IMG/VR virus record: IMGVR_UViG_3300045988_107537
Span: 1-64,000 of that record
DNA length: 64,000 bases
Strand: one strand, 5' to 3'
Source: a virus
Positions 1 to 9,267 of this stretch are shown here, one piece after another. The position numbers were made by a program, and so were the translations under genes. Position 1 is the stretch's first letter; each line of letters opens with the position of its first letter. Under the pieces are notes generated by a model that was given only the letters and a program-made list of their open reading frames with translations, was not told the origin of the DNA and did no database searches.

Positions 1-178
1 CTCCTTCGTATTCTTGTGTACTTTTTTATTATAGCCTTTTTGTGGGAGAAATCAAGGCTATTATCGACTAATTTTTCATATGTCTTCGTATATCTTCATA
101 TATCGTCATAACGTCATTTTTATCTTTGCTCAAAAAGTGATTTCATCACAAGTCGTCATATCTAATCGTAACTTTATC

Positions 179-202
179 AAAATTGGTGTCAAAATTGGTG
201 TC
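179..202. repeat. Tandem direct repeat AAAATTGGTGTC x2, preceded at 60-160 by several CGTCATA / TATATC(T/G)TCATA repeats; probable integrase arm-type binding sites in an att region.
   Basis: The repeats are read directly from the sequence and lie immediately downstream of the int stop codon. Confidence 0.45.
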
Positions 203-1394
203 AACCAATGCTATCTTTTTCGTTATTTGGCAAATTGCCAATCTTCGAATTAAAGTCTTCTAAGGCATCAAGTTCTTTAATGTGTGTATAAATTGAGAGT
301 GTTGTGTTTATTGTCTTGTGCCCCATAATATATTGTACAGACTTTATATTCATTCCAGAAAGAATCAGTCTAGTACAGAACGTATGTCTAAAAGTATGAG
401 GCGTTATCTGTGGAAGCTGTTCATCGCTATTTGCCTTCTTGTTATAGGCTCTAATTATATTTCTAAAATTACCAGCTATTTTGCCTGGAGTTGTAGTATT
501 GCCAACTCTGTTCAGAAATAAAAATCCTACATAACCATCAACTATCGGATCAATTTTTCTTTCTATTGCGTTTTGAACAACAATGGATAAGACTTTAAAC
601 GCATTGTCTGAAATTGGTATAGTTCGCTCACTTTTTAAAGTTTTTGGTGTTTCGATAAATCTTATACCTTTATCCGATTCTTGTAATTGATGTGTTATTT
701 TAATTTTTCTATTTTTTAAATCCACATCTTTTATTGTCAGTCCACATAGCTCCCCAACTCTTAGCCCAGTTTCATATAAAAGAACAGTTATATAATAATA
801 CCTATTATATCGTTTTGAGCAAAGCAGGAAGTCAAGTAATCTTTTGTATTGATCGTCAGATATTATTATTTTTTCATGTTCTTTTTTTTGAATCACTTTA
901 GAAAGTTCAAAGTCAAACGGATTTTTAACTATTGTTCCGTCTTCACAGGCCATATCAAAGGCGGGTTTTATCAAAGCTTTATAATCTCCAACTGTACCAT
1001 AAGCATAACCATTTTCATACATTTCTTTAAAAAATGTTTTTGCATCTGATTGTTTTATATATCCAATCGACATATTCCCAATTGGATATTTCTTCATAAC
1101 ATTCAAGAAGCATAACACTCTATCAATTGTATTCGTTTTTAATGACGGTTTACGAATAGAAATATATTTTTCTATAAGATCGCACATTGTTTGATTAGTT
1201 GGCGTTACATAAGTTCCTATACTTATTTCGATTTTTATTTTTTCTTCAGATTCTCTTAATGAGTGTAGATCTTTTGAGTATATGATTTTTCGTTTCCCTA
1301 ATGGATCTGTGTACCTATATTGATATCTTCCGTCTTTGCGTTGACTCTCACCTTCTTTAAGAACTCTACCCTTATTATCTTTACGTCTTTCCAT
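201..1394 (-). CDS. int: Tyrosine-type site-specific integrase (Tn916 / phage integrase family).
   Basis: The N-terminus carries an arm-binding motif RKDGRYQYRYTDPLGKRK. The C-terminus has HTFRHTF and GH..INTTLSIYTH (catalytic R/H/Y boxes). The RBS is AAGGAG. Confidence 0.9.
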   Translation of the reverse strand: MERRKDNKGRVLKEGESQRKDGRYQYRYTDPLGKRKIIYSKDLHSLRESEEKIKIEISIGTYVTPTNQTMCDLIEKYISIRKPSLKTNTIDRVLCFLNVMKKYPIGNMSIGYIKQSDAKTFFKEMYENGYAYGTVGDYKALIKPAFDMACEDGTIVKNPFDFELSKVIQKKEHEKIIISDDQYKRLLDFLLCSKRYNRYYYITVLLYETGLRVGELCGLTIKDVDLKNRKIKITHQLQESDKGIRFIETPKTLKSERTIPISDNAFKVLSIVVQNAIERKIDPIVDGYVGFLFLNRVGNTTTPGKIAGNFRNIIRAYNKKANSDEQLPQITPHTFRHTFCTRLILSGMNIKSVQYIMGHKTINTTLSIYTHIKELDALEDFNSKIGNLPNNEKDSIG

Positions 1395-1477
1395 ATTAGA
1401 CTCCTTACATTATATATAAAGAGCCACGATGTGACGCTTTGATTATACCACACCATGGCTTGAATTTCCAGTTTTAT

Positions 1478-1672
1478 TTAGATTGAATACGTTTGATCAA
1501 TGTATTTTTCAAGTGCTTTTCTTTTTATTAGTCTCTTTTTCCCGACCCAAAGCACAAGAGAACTGTCATCTTTGTCTGTTATCTCTCTCAGTTTATGGAT
1601 TCCGATATTCGAATAGGCCGCAGCTTCTTCTATCGTCAATGCGGCTTTTTCCCAAATGGGAACTTCCTTCAT
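1478..1672 (-). CDS. xis: Excisionase (Xis, Tn916-type HTH DNA-binding protein).
   Basis: This 64-aa protein, MKEVPIWEKAALTIEEAAAYSNIGIHKLREI, has a typical Xis_Tn916 helix-turn-helix. It lies just upstream of int, with a GGAGAAGG RBS. Confidence 0.8.
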   Translation of the reverse strand: MKEVPIWEKAALTIEEAAAYSNIGIHKLREITDKDDSSLVLWVGKKRLIKRKALEKYIDQTYSI

Positions 1673-2496
1673 TCAATCACCTTCTCCATCTTTCCCGCCC
1701 CATACTTTGCTACGCATACATTATAAAGCAGCATCGCACGAGTCATTAGGCCAACGCCGCCGACACGAGGTGTAACTTTGATATTCTCCATCTCATAAAT
1801 AGCATCGGCACAGTCACCGTGCTGCTTACCATTCTCGTCATAGTTGATACCAACATCGATGCAGACCTCAACCCGATCAAGACCAAGCGGTGTGATGAAA
1901 TTACGTTTTCCGACTGCAGAGATGATCACATCGACCATATCCATTGCAAGAGCCGTACACTTCATAAAACTTCCGCTGCTATTTACAGAAATCACATTAC
2001 AATGGTGCTTAATCAGCATATCAACCAGTGGACGACCAACAATATCAGACTGACCACATACAAGTACATTCTTGCCATCCAGATCGTAACCAATCGCGTC
2101 GAAAATCTTCATAACGCCAAGCGGAGTGCAAGGCTGAAATGGTGATGTAGAATTAAAACCATCAACGTCAAGTTCGTCTGGAATAATGATATTCTTAGGA
2201 TTGATATGTTTGGGCAGTGGCAACTGAACAATGATGCCATCTGCTTCTTCATAAATACGATTCTGCAATATCATTTTATTTAATTCATCTTCAGTTGTTT
2301 TCTCTGGTAACTTGATATATTTTGCTTTAATTTTAACCTCTTCACAATCTCGCAGCTTGCCGCGAATATAAGCATTAGATGCAGGGTTGTCTCCTACTTG
2401 ATAAATAAGCAAAATAGGAGCGTAGTCGGCTTCTGCGATAATATTCTTGATTTTATCCTTGATATCTTGTGCAATAGATTTGCAATCAATAACCAT
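1669..2496 (-). CDS. folD: Bifunctional methylenetetrahydrofolate dehydrogenase / methenyl-THF cyclohydrolase FolD.
   Basis: The 275-aa protein has the FolD motifs YIRGK, IVQLPLP, DVDGF, TP.G and GGVGLMT. Its stop overlaps the xis start by 4 nt (ATGA). Confidence 0.85.
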   Translation of the reverse strand: MVIDCKSIAQDIKDKIKNIIAEADYAPILLIYQVGDNPASNAYIRGKLRDCEEVKIKAKYIKLPEKTTEDELNKMILQNRIYEEADGIIVQLPLPKHINPKNIIIPDELDVDGFNSTSPFQPCTPLGVMKIFDAIGYDLDGKNVLVCGQSDIVGRPLVDMLIKHHCNVISVNSSGSFMKCTALAMDMVDVIISAVGKRNFITPLGLDRVEVCIDVGINYDENGKQHGDCADAIYEMENIKVTPRVGGVGLMTRAMLLYNVCVAKYGAGKMEKVIE

Positions 2497-2508
2497 TGTG
2501 AGCCTCCT

Positions 2509-2931
2509 TTATAAGAATGTCTGAAATAGTTTCCTAAGCTTTGCGCTGAGAGCGTCATTTTCAAGATATGATGAAGAATTCAATCTGAACTTTCTGTACG
2601 GAACGTTTTCAGATGATAGATAAACATCATAATTGATGTCGTCCATAATCACAATAGAAGTATTCGTAATCACTTGAGCGGTTGGCAGAAAACATTCAAG
2701 TATGGATATATCATAATCAAAATCTTGACAAAGTAATTTATCGAAGTCATCAATATCTGGAATCTTTTCATTTTCAAGATAATCCCAAATATATTTTATA
2801 CTGGTCAAGTCATCCTTCATAATACCATCCGTTTTTACCATCCTGTGTGAATCGGTATCAATCAATAGAAACTTACTATAAAAACCAGTAAAGCCACCGT
2901 TAAACTGTAAAAGCAATTTCATATACGCCAT
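2509..2931 (-). CDS. Hypothetical protein.
   Basis: A 140-aa ORF that is co-directional with its neighbours and has an RBS; no recognisable motif. Confidence 0.5.
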   Translation of the reverse strand: MAYMKLLLQFNGGFTGFYSKFLLIDTDSHRMVKTDGIMKDDLTSIKYIWDYLENEKIPDIDDFDKLLCQDFDYDISILECFLPTAQVITNTSIVIMDDINYDVYLSSENVPYRKFRLNSSSYLENDALSAKLRKLFQTFL

Positions 2932-2962
2932 CCTTTATAAAACCCTAATTCTTCCATAAGAA

Positions 2963-3382
2963 TCACCTCGTTACTGTACTAACTCCATTATTTTTAATCT
3001 GTCCTTTTTGAACATGAATTATTACAGAGTCAGCATTAACAGTATTGGTTGACTTATATTCGATATATGGAGCGTTGCTATCATATACAATTTTTACATG
3101 TCCTTTGATATTCATATAAGTGCCATTACAAAGAACAGTAAGCATCTCATAATTTTCTGCTGGGACATTAGATACCATAGTAGATGTATATCCGTAGATG
3201 CCCGATTCCAATTCTTCAATAGTGGCAGTCCACTCAATCGGATTATAATGACGATAGATACCGTCGCCAATCGCCCATACAAAATATCCAACAATAAGAG
3301 TAATGAGCACACCAACTGTCAAAAACAAGATTTTTTCTCCAAGAGTGAGTTTTTCGTTATTATTATTCAAGTTCAACACCAC
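2963..3382 (-). CDS. Hypothetical membrane protein (alternative start codon).
   Basis: A hydrophobic transmembrane segment (ILFLTVGVLITLIVGYFVWAI) is present. The start is GTG or TTG, preceded by GAAGGTGG. Confidence 0.45.
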   Translation of the reverse strand: MVLNLNNNNEKLTLGEKILFLTVGVLITLIVGYFVWAIGDGIYRHYNPIEWTATIEELESGIYGYTSTMVSNVPAENYEMLTVLCNGTYMNIKGHVKIVYDSNAPYIEYKSTNTVNADSVIIHVQKGQIKNNGVSTVTR

Positions 3383-3851
3383 CTTCGTTTACAATATAGA
3401 TGCCGTTGTCTTTCAAATACTCAATAAATTCTTCATGTGGTAATTTATGAGCAAGCTCACAAATAGTGTAGTTATTTCTGCCCTTTACCCACTTTGTTTC
3501 TTTACGCAAGCAAGACCATTGATGTACACGAAATTCTTTGCAATGCCATTTTAAATGAAAGGCATCCGTACACAAATCGCAAATTGGTATCTCTACATAG
3601 AAGTAACCAGGATAGCGTTTTCTTCGCCACCACTCCATGTCATAGAATACAATACCATAGAGTTCAGGATAATCTTCAAATCCATGTTCTCTAAGATAAG
3701 CAAACCCTAATCCATTGATGGTCCATTCTGGCGACCTTGGAACTGTATACCGAAGCTGCGATTCTGTATGCGAGATACAGGCATTGTTATATTTTCCGTC
3801 GATGCCCATAATGTACCAGTCTGATCTATAATAGCCTATTTGTTTAGTCAC
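3363..3851 (-). CDS. Hypothetical Trp-rich protein (family shared with 3844..4305 and 12337..12813).
   Basis: A 162-aa W-rich protein with Cys pairs (CDLC, HCKEF). Confidence 0.5.
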   Translation of the reverse strand: MTKQIGYYRSDWYIMGIDGKYNNACISHTESQLRYTVPRSPEWTINGLGFAYLREHGFEDYPELYGIVFYDMEWWRRKRYPGYFYVEIPICDLCTDAFHLKWHCKEFRVHQWSCLRKETKWVKGRNNYTICELAHKLPHEEFIEYLKDNGIYIVNEGGVELE

Positions 3852-4305
3852 AACTAATCACCTCCCCCGTATCATCACCCAACGGCCACGTGCATCCATA
3901 AAACGTTCCCAAATTTTCGATTTTAAAATAGTACCATTTTTTCGTCACGTAGTCATAAATACTGTAGCAAGTGCAACGGTTATCCGGCCAATGGTTCTTT
4001 TTAATAGCATCAATATCAAGTTCTAAAAATCGTTTGATTTCGGATAATTTATATGAAGCAAAAATATAATCCCATGGGCCACGCCAATGGATAAACCACA
4101 TGTGCTCTACGAAGTTCGGCCATTCTACAGAAAATCGTTCGACTGGTTTACTTCTGTCAAAATTCTTATATTGAAGAAAATAGTTGCTGATACCGTATAC
4201 ACCAGTCCAATAATGGTCTTTAGTGCAGATGAAATGAGAATAGCTTTCCCATTCTGGATTTTGTATTTCCCAGTGATTCTTTTCGATTGAAAATCTATCG
4301 TCCAT
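3844..4305 (-). CDS. Hypothetical Trp-rich protein (HW..PWDY motif).
   Basis: A 153-aa protein that shares an HWxxPWDY-type segment with 12337..12813. Confidence 0.5.
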   Translation of the reverse strand: MDDRFSIEKNHWEIQNPEWESYSHFICTKDHYWTGVYGISNYFLQYKNFDRSKPVERFSVEWPNFVEHMWFIHWRGPWDYIFASYKLSEIKRFLELDIDAIKKNHWPDNRCTCYSIYDYVTKKWYYFKIENLGTFYGCTWPLGDDTGEVISCD

Positions 4306-4369
4306 TCAATCTACCTCATAAAAGTCTAGTTTTACCGTATTATTTTCTAATTTTTATAGCGATGATACG

Positions 4370-4693
4370 TTATTTATTTACTGTTCGGAACTGTTTCTCC
4401 ATAAAGTCGTCCCATTTCATACCGAGAGGATTACCGTCAACATCCACACAGTTGCCATCATCATCACAATAAACAGCAGGCTCTGTTGGCTTGCCATAAA
4501 ATGGGATAGATTCCTTTGGAACAATTTGAATTTCTTTGTTAGGATCATAATTGAAATCGTGAGTCCCATCGCAAGCTACGACATCTCCATCCGGCATTAT
4601 GTAAACCGGTTTGAAGAACTTCTTGTTTGGATTGTTTGATGTGTCAAAAGAGATTCCTACGATTTCGTATTTCTTTCCGTTAATTTCGACCAT
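4370..4693 (-). CDS. Hypothetical protein.
   Basis: A 107-aa ORF. Confidence 0.5.
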   Translation of the reverse strand: MVEINGKKYEIVGISFDTSNNPNKKFFKPVYIMPDGDVVACDGTHDFNYDPNKEIQIVPKESIPFYGKPTEPAVYCDDDGNCVDVDGNPLGMKWDDFMEKQFRTVNK

Positions 4694-4995
4694 TAAAAAT
4701 TAACCATCCGAATGTGTCTATTCAAAACATCCTGCATTTCTTCTACAATATCAATAACAGCGCACTCTGCTTTATCTTTTTGATATTCTTTTACAGAATC
4801 AACATCAACATCAATATTGATTACATCATTATGGTATGGTTCTCCGGTCAAATCAATACCATAGGTGATCTCATCAAATGGAGCATTGTACCATTCTCCA
4901 GTATTACCGTCTGCGAATCCAAATGTCAGTTCAGTATTCTCGTCGTATCCGATTTCGTTTAGTTTGTTGATAAGCTCTACAACTTTCATAATCAA
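4693..4995 (-). CDS. Hypothetical acidic protein.
   Basis: A 100-aa ORF whose stop overlaps the start of the next gene. Confidence 0.5.
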   Translation of the reverse strand: MIMKVVELINKLNEIGYDENTELTFGFADGNTGEWYNAPFDEITYGIDLTGEPYHNDVINIDVDVDSVKEYQKDKAECAVIDIVEEMQDVLNRHIRMVNF

Positions 4996-5040
4996 TCTCC
5001 TGACTGCTTTCTATAAGCGCATACTTCTTTATGTAAACAT

Positions 5041-5439
5041 TTACTGCAAATAGCCATTTTTTCTCGCTTTCCAACAGAAATTCTCTGCCCAATCATAAAA
5101 TAGTTTTGGAATGTCTCGTACATAAGAAACAACTTCCTGAAGTAAGGTGTTACTAGCTTTGTCTTCATGAGGTTCTTTATAAATACATTCCCATTTATAC
5201 TCCCAGAGTTCAACTGTATTGTCGTCTTGTGTACTGATTTTCACAAAAATAGAACGAAGCTTGTCGTTTACACTTACGGAAGCATGACAATTTTCTTGTT
5301 TGAGAGGCCACTCATTTATTTTTGCAAATAAATCAAATGCCCTATCGACTGCCATTTCGAATAGCGATCGCTCGTCAAAGCATATACATATTAGTTCTAT
5401 ATCCCCATCATGTAAAAGATTTAGCTCCCAAAACTCCAT
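5041..5439 (-). CDS. Hypothetical protein.
   Basis: A 132-aa ORF. Confidence 0.5.
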   Translation of the reverse strand: MEFWELNLLHDGDIELICICFDERSLFEMAVDRAFDLFAKINEWPLKQENCHASVSVNDKLRSIFVKISTQDDNTVELWEYKWECIYKEPHEDKASNTLLQEVVSYVRDIPKLFYDWAENFCWKARKNGYLQ

Positions 5440-5468
5440 TGTTTTAACACCTTTCTAAAACATACATT

Positions 5469-5687
5469 TTAATCGTCAAAAACTTCTTCTCGCAGAACCG
5501 GTTTATCGTGGCTCTCTACACGACTGCCGCATTCTGGACATTGTGTTTGATAAAATAAAATCACATCCAATGACTTCGCAACCAAAACACCTTCCGAATC
5601 AGACCAAAATTCACAACCACAACCACATTTAAAATGATATGCAAATTCTTTTGGAGTTTGCTTATGTTGAATAATTTTAATCGCCAT
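5469..5687 (-). CDS. Small zinc-ribbon protein (paralog of 5917..6150).
   Basis: MAIKIIQHKQTPKEF..KCGCGCEF..CPECG. The start is refined to an internal ATG with a GGAGG RBS, since the ORF-track N-terminal extension would overlap the upstream gene by 104 nt. Confidence 0.55.
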   Translation of the reverse strand: MAIKIIQHKQTPKEFAYHFKCGCGCEFWSDSEGVLVAKSLDVILFYQTQCPECGSRVESHDKPVLREEVFDD

Positions 5688-5907
5688 CTGGCACCTCCAC
5701 GGTAAAAATAGTTTTAGTTGCTTCTTTCCAAGAAATAAACTCAGATCCAGCAACTTCCGCTCTACATCTATAGCACGCAATCACATTATTCTCAGGAATA
5801 TCCAAATCAGGATTTTCAAAAGAAGCTACTCGAATCTTAGTTGTACAACCGCAGTTCTTACATGGAAATACGATTACCGGATTTTTCAAACTATCAGTCT
5901 TATGCAT
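5677..5907 (-). CDS. Small zinc-ribbon protein.
   Basis: CKNCGC...CYRCRAEV, a four-Cys ribbon. Confidence 0.5.
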   Translation of the reverse strand: MHKTDSLKNPVIVFPCKNCGCTTKIRVASFENPDLDIPENNVIACYRCRAEVAGSEFISWKEATKTIFTVEVPDGD

Positions 5908-5916
5908 ATCTGCGCC

Positions 5917-6150
5917 TCAATCCACAAAAATCTTTTCTCTTGGAACTGCTGGAAAACAAGAAACGACTTGTTCTCCACATTCTGGACATTTTGCTAGTTT
6001 TACGCCTGGTGCGTATTCTCGTATAACGGAATAACTCGGAAATTTAATATCTTTGTCATCAGCCCAAAATATACATCCGCATTGGCACGAAAATTTTGCA
6101 GCGTATCTCTTTTTCTTTGGAGTTCCTTTGTGTTGAATAATCATAATCAT
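5917..6150 (-). CDS. Small zinc-ribbon protein (paralog of 5469..5687).
   Basis: MIMIIQHKGTPKK..CQCGCIF..CPECG, with a GAGGTGG RBS before the internal ATG. Confidence 0.55.
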   Translation of the reverse strand: MIMIIQHKGTPKKKRYAAKFSCQCGCIFWADDKDIKFPSYSVIREYAPGVKLAKCPECGEQVVSCFPAVPREKIFVD

Positions 6151-6161
6151 AGCATTCCACC

Positions 6162-6398
6162 TCAATCTGTGAACACAAACGGTGTATTGAACACAAACGG
6201 TGTATTAAAAAAGTTCGACCCAATAATCATATTTTCTTCAGACAAAGCAACCTTGATAACATCATCGTCTATATGCGTCTCATCACATTCTACTGTGTCG
6301 CAGACCTTATGATATTCGCTATCCTTCTTTGTGAATAGCGTTCCTTCACCAAGGTTTAATGAAGTTGTTTTCTTTTCTTTTCGAATATGCGCTTTCAT
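6162..6398 (-). CDS. Hypothetical protein containing the NTPFVF x2 repeat.
   Basis: A 78-aa ORF with an internal 18-nt tandem duplication. Confidence 0.4.
   Translation of the reverse strand: MKAHIRKEKKTTSLNLGEGTLFTKKDSEYHKVCDTVECDETHIDDDVIKVALSEENMIIGSNFFNTPFVFNTPFVFTD
6171..6206. repeat. 18-nt perfect tandem duplication GAACACAAACGGTGTATT x2.
   Basis: Read directly from the sequence. Confidence 0.8.
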
Positions 6399-6411
6399 AC
6401 AATCACCTTAA

Positions 6412-6675
6412 TCAAATATCGTTAAACGTATCTATAATCCATCCAATAAGACTATTTAGTTTTTCTACAATTTTATAAAGGAAATCCTTCAAATGAGGTT
6501 TTGGCTCAGGCATACTGCATGTAAATTCCGCTGGGCCTTCTCTTTTCGGAGAACTTGTTTGCATGACATATACTTCATCGTTGCGAATGATTCCAATTTG
6601 AGTACAGTTGTCACCATTACAGTTGCAAGTCTGATTTATTGTGATGTTTCGTTTCATATTATTTATTCCACCCAC
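6412..6675 (-). CDS. Hypothetical Cys-rich protein.
   Basis: An 87-aa protein with a CNCNGDNC motif. Confidence 0.45.
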   Translation of the reverse strand: MGGINNMKRNITINQTCNCNGDNCTQIGIIRNDEVYVMQTSSPKREGPAEFTCSMPEPKPHLKDFLYKIVEKLNSLIGWIIDTFNDI

Positions 6676-6692
6676 CCACCCATAAAACCTAT

Positions 6693-6896
6693 TTACTCTA
6701 ATTGTTCAAGTGCAGATATCAAATACAAAATTAAAGTCTTTGTCTTCTCTTTTGTGAGCGTTGCAGAACTTAATTCCATATCGGGAGCATCACTATAATA
6801 TGCAAGTTCGACGGCACCGTTTGAGACTATTACGCCAATATCTACATTGTAAATTCCGTCTGTCGCTTGCAGGAAACCGATTTTATTTTCTTCCAT
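6693..6896 (-). CDS. Hypothetical protein.
   Basis: A 67-aa ORF. Confidence 0.4.
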   Translation of the reverse strand: MEENKIGFLQATDGIYNVDIGVIVSNGAVELAYYSDAPDMELSSATLTKEKTKTLILYLISALEQLE

Positions 6897-6919
6897 AAAT
6901 CCTCCGTAAAATTTACCTT

Positions 6920-7252
6920 TTAGAAGTTAATTGAATCAAATAGGTTTTTACTTAAATCATCAATCATTGGCTCCATACACATTCTAACAAAATCATTGAT
7001 TTCCTTATTCGTCATGGTAGTCTTACTAAAAGCGTTACAAGACTTACTGGGCTCTTTTTGAATGTCATTTTTCACTTTTGCCTTTTCAGTGAATCCCATA
7101 TTCTCAAGACATTTGCAGTAGCCAACAATCTCATTATAGAAGATGTGGTCGTACTCTTCTAAAAGCGTGTGCTCGTTAAACAGCTTTACTTGCCATGCAA
7201 TTCCAAATGGAGCTTCTTTCTCGTAATGAGATTCAATAGCGTAATACTTCAT
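6920..7252 (-). CDS. Hypothetical protein.
   Basis: A 110-aa ORF. Confidence 0.5.
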   Translation of the reverse strand: MKYYAIESHYEKEAPFGIAWQVKLFNEHTLLEEYDHIFYNEIVGYCKCLENMGFTEKAKVKNDIQKEPSKSCNAFSKTTMTNKEINDFVRMCMEPMIDDLSKNLFDSINF

Positions 7253-7264
7253 TATGTATTCTCC

Positions 7265-7570
7265 TTACAGTCCAAGTTTCTCCTTAACCATCTTCAGTGC
7301 ATTGTTTGCCTCGTTGTAGGCGTCTTTTGCCAGATGATAAGCATTCATCTTTTCGACCAACTCAGCCTTTGCGATAACCTCTTTCATGTCAGCATTTGCG
7401 AGTTCATCACTGTGATTAAAATCATTAAGAATCAATCCCTCACAGAAACCTTCTGCCTTATCCTTTGACAGCACCTTCTCTATTACAGCACCGTTGTCAC
7501 CATTGAACATTTTTACGATACATTCGGTAGTCTCTTCACCATTGTCATACACATAAAAATACTTAGCCAT
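7265..7570 (-). CDS. Hypothetical protein.
   Basis: A 101-aa ORF. Confidence 0.5.
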   Translation of the reverse strand: MAKYFYVYDNGEETTECIVKMFNGDNGAVIEKVLSKDKAEGFCEGLILNDFNHSDELANADMKEVIAKAELVEKMNAYHLAKDAYNEANNALKMVKEKLGL

Positions 7571-7573
7571 AAT

Positions 7574-8047
7574 TTAGTCCTCCTCAACTTTTTCAAATTT
7601 ATAGACAGTGTTTTCTGTTTGAATAATCAAATTCTTTTTGTCATCAGAAATATAATAATCGGCAACATGGGATGTGTGCATTGCGCCCGGATAATCATGT
7701 CCCTCGTTGTCTTTGATGTACCGGAATCCAACTGATTCTCCGCTCTTCAGACGTACAATCTTCATGGTCATGCCAATCCAAGTGGGATACCAGCCGTCGT
7801 TTCGAGTGCGACCCGTTACCAGTGAGATTGCGTCCGCAAGCTTGTACTGATTTTCCATAATCTCATCATCAATCGGATTTTTATGAGTCAATGCAGCATT
7901 CGGCATCTTCTCAATTGTGCGTGTTAGAAGAAGCATGAAATGCATAAACGCGTCATGTCCTTCTTTTCCAACATCGATTTCTGCGTACTTGCCCATCCGA
8001 TATAGAAGCTCGGACGTATCAATTGTCTTTCCCATGGTTTCCTCCAT
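7574..8047 (-). CDS. Hypothetical protein.
   Basis: A 157-aa ORF. Confidence 0.5.
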   Translation of the reverse strand: MEETMGKTIDTSELLYRMGKYAEIDVGKEGHDAFMHFMLLLTRTIEKMPNAALTHKNPIDDEIMENQYKLADAISLVTGRTRNDGWYPTWIGMTMKIVRLKSGESVGFRYIKDNEGHDYPGAMHTSHVADYYISDDKKNLIIQTENTVYKFEKVEED

Positions 8048-8580
8048 TACTGTTTTCCGGTACTTCCAAACCCACCGGCTCCGCGCTCAGTTCCGTCCAA
8101 TTCAGAAACTTCTTCAAAATCAGCCTGCCAGAACGGAACAATCGCCATCTGAGCAATGCGATCACCGTGAGTAATCATTTGAGGGATATTAGAATGATTA
8201 TGTAGTGCTACAATATACTCTCCACGGTAATCCTGATCGCAAATGCCAGTTTTGTTTGCAGGAGCAAGTCCCAGCTTAGTTGCCAAACCGCTGCGAGCAT
8301 AGATAGCGACATACCAACCTTCCGGCGGAGCCATCCGTAAACCAGTATGTACCTTAACGGTCTCATGCGGCTGAATCATAATGCAGCGATCACCATTCTT
8401 GTTTACCATCGTTGCGTCATCAAAACCGATATAGGCATAAAGGTCTGCGCAAGCAGCATTTTTAGAACCATAAGTCGGCAGATGAGCATCTTCGTGCAGT
8501 TTATTGATCTTGATATTTGGATGGTAAATAGTAGTAAAAGAATCGCAATCCGGGAACTTTTCGTAATTTCCTAAATCCAT
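8047..8580 (-). CDS. dut: dUTP diphosphatase (dUTPase).
   Basis: The protein has the dUTPase motifs AACADL, RSGLA, DYRGE, GDRIAQ and RGAGGFGSTG. The start is refined to MDLGNYEKF with an AAAGGA RBS, which puts it adjacent to the nrdG stop. Confidence 0.85.
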   Translation of the reverse strand: MDLGNYEKFPDCDSFTTIYHPNIKINKLHEDAHLPTYGSKNAACADLYAYIGFDDATMVNKNGDRCIMIQPHETVKVHTGLRMAPPEGWYVAIYARSGLATKLGLAPANKTGICDQDYRGEYIVALHNHSNIPQMITHGDRIAQMAIVPFWQADFEEVSELDGTERGAGGFGSTGKQ

Positions 8581-8581
8581 A

Positions 8582-9109
8582 TTATTTTCCTTTCTTTTCT
8601 GGAGTCCACCAAAGGGTTGGCTCTTTATACCCAAGACTCCATTTAATATCAATTACTCGTTGGTTCTTGCTTCCCATGTATGGAAGTGAAATATCTTTTT
8701 CTGCTTCAATAAAAGGACCATCTACAAGGACGTTAATGTCAGCAAGAATGTCAGCTATGAGCCCATCCTGATCCCATAATTCTTCCCACTTATATCCAGT
8801 CCAGAGCCAGACGTCTTTTTTGCTCAAAAATTCAGTCCATACACGATGGACGATTTTCTTAACAACCTCTCTATTTTCTGGCAGTAGTGGATCTCCACCA
8901 GTGAGCGTAAGCCCTTGAATATAATCAGGTCGAAGTAAATCTACAATTTTATCAAGCGTTTCATTTGTGAATGGTTGACCACCATTCGGGTCCCATGTAG
9001 TAGGATTTTGACAGCTGGGACAGTGATGGTCACAACCCTGTACGAACAATGTAACGCGCACCCCTTCGCCATTCGCTATATCACATGGAACGATTTTAGC
9101 GTAGTTCAT
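8582..9109 (-). CDS. nrdG: Anaerobic ribonucleoside-triphosphate reductase activating protein (radical SAM).
   Basis: The radical-SAM motif CDHHCPSC (CxxxCxxC) is near the N-terminus. The protein is 175 aa, a typical NrdG size. Confidence 0.85.
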   Translation of the reverse strand: MNYAKIVPCDIANGEGVRVTLFVQGCDHHCPSCQNPTTWDPNGGQPFTNETLDKIVDLLRPDYIQGLTLTGGDPLLPENREVVKKIVHRVWTEFLSKKDVWLWTGYKWEELWDQDGLIADILADINVLVDGPFIEAEKDISLPYMGSKNQRVIDIKWSLGYKEPTLWWTPEKKGK

Positions 9110-9267
9110 TTTGTATTACCCATCGATTTCAAGATTTCATTTCGTTCTTCATAAAGATCTACTAAGTCATCTCCGACGATAGAAATTGGCTGACGCATCC
9201 TCATGAGTTCGTGCATATCGTATCTTGCAATCTCGATGTCGCGATCTACTTGTTCTAGTGTTCTCAC
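9106..9267 (-). CDS. Small hypothetical protein (53 aa, GTG start) not in the ORF track.
   Basis: A GAGGTGGG RBS is present. The GTGA start overlaps the upstream gene's stop, and the ATGA stop overlaps the nrdG start, which is classic translational coupling. It replaces the Arg-rich track ORF 9167..9403. Confidence 0.4.
   Translation of the reverse strand: MRTLEQVDRDIEIARYDMHELMRMRQPISIVGDDLVDLYEERNEILKSMGNTK

Noticed and set aside
6171-6206. A tandem duplication, along with the 52.6-kb repeats, considered as a CRISPR array.
   Set aside because: The arrays have only two to four short units, lack the spacer structure, and lie inside coding sequence.
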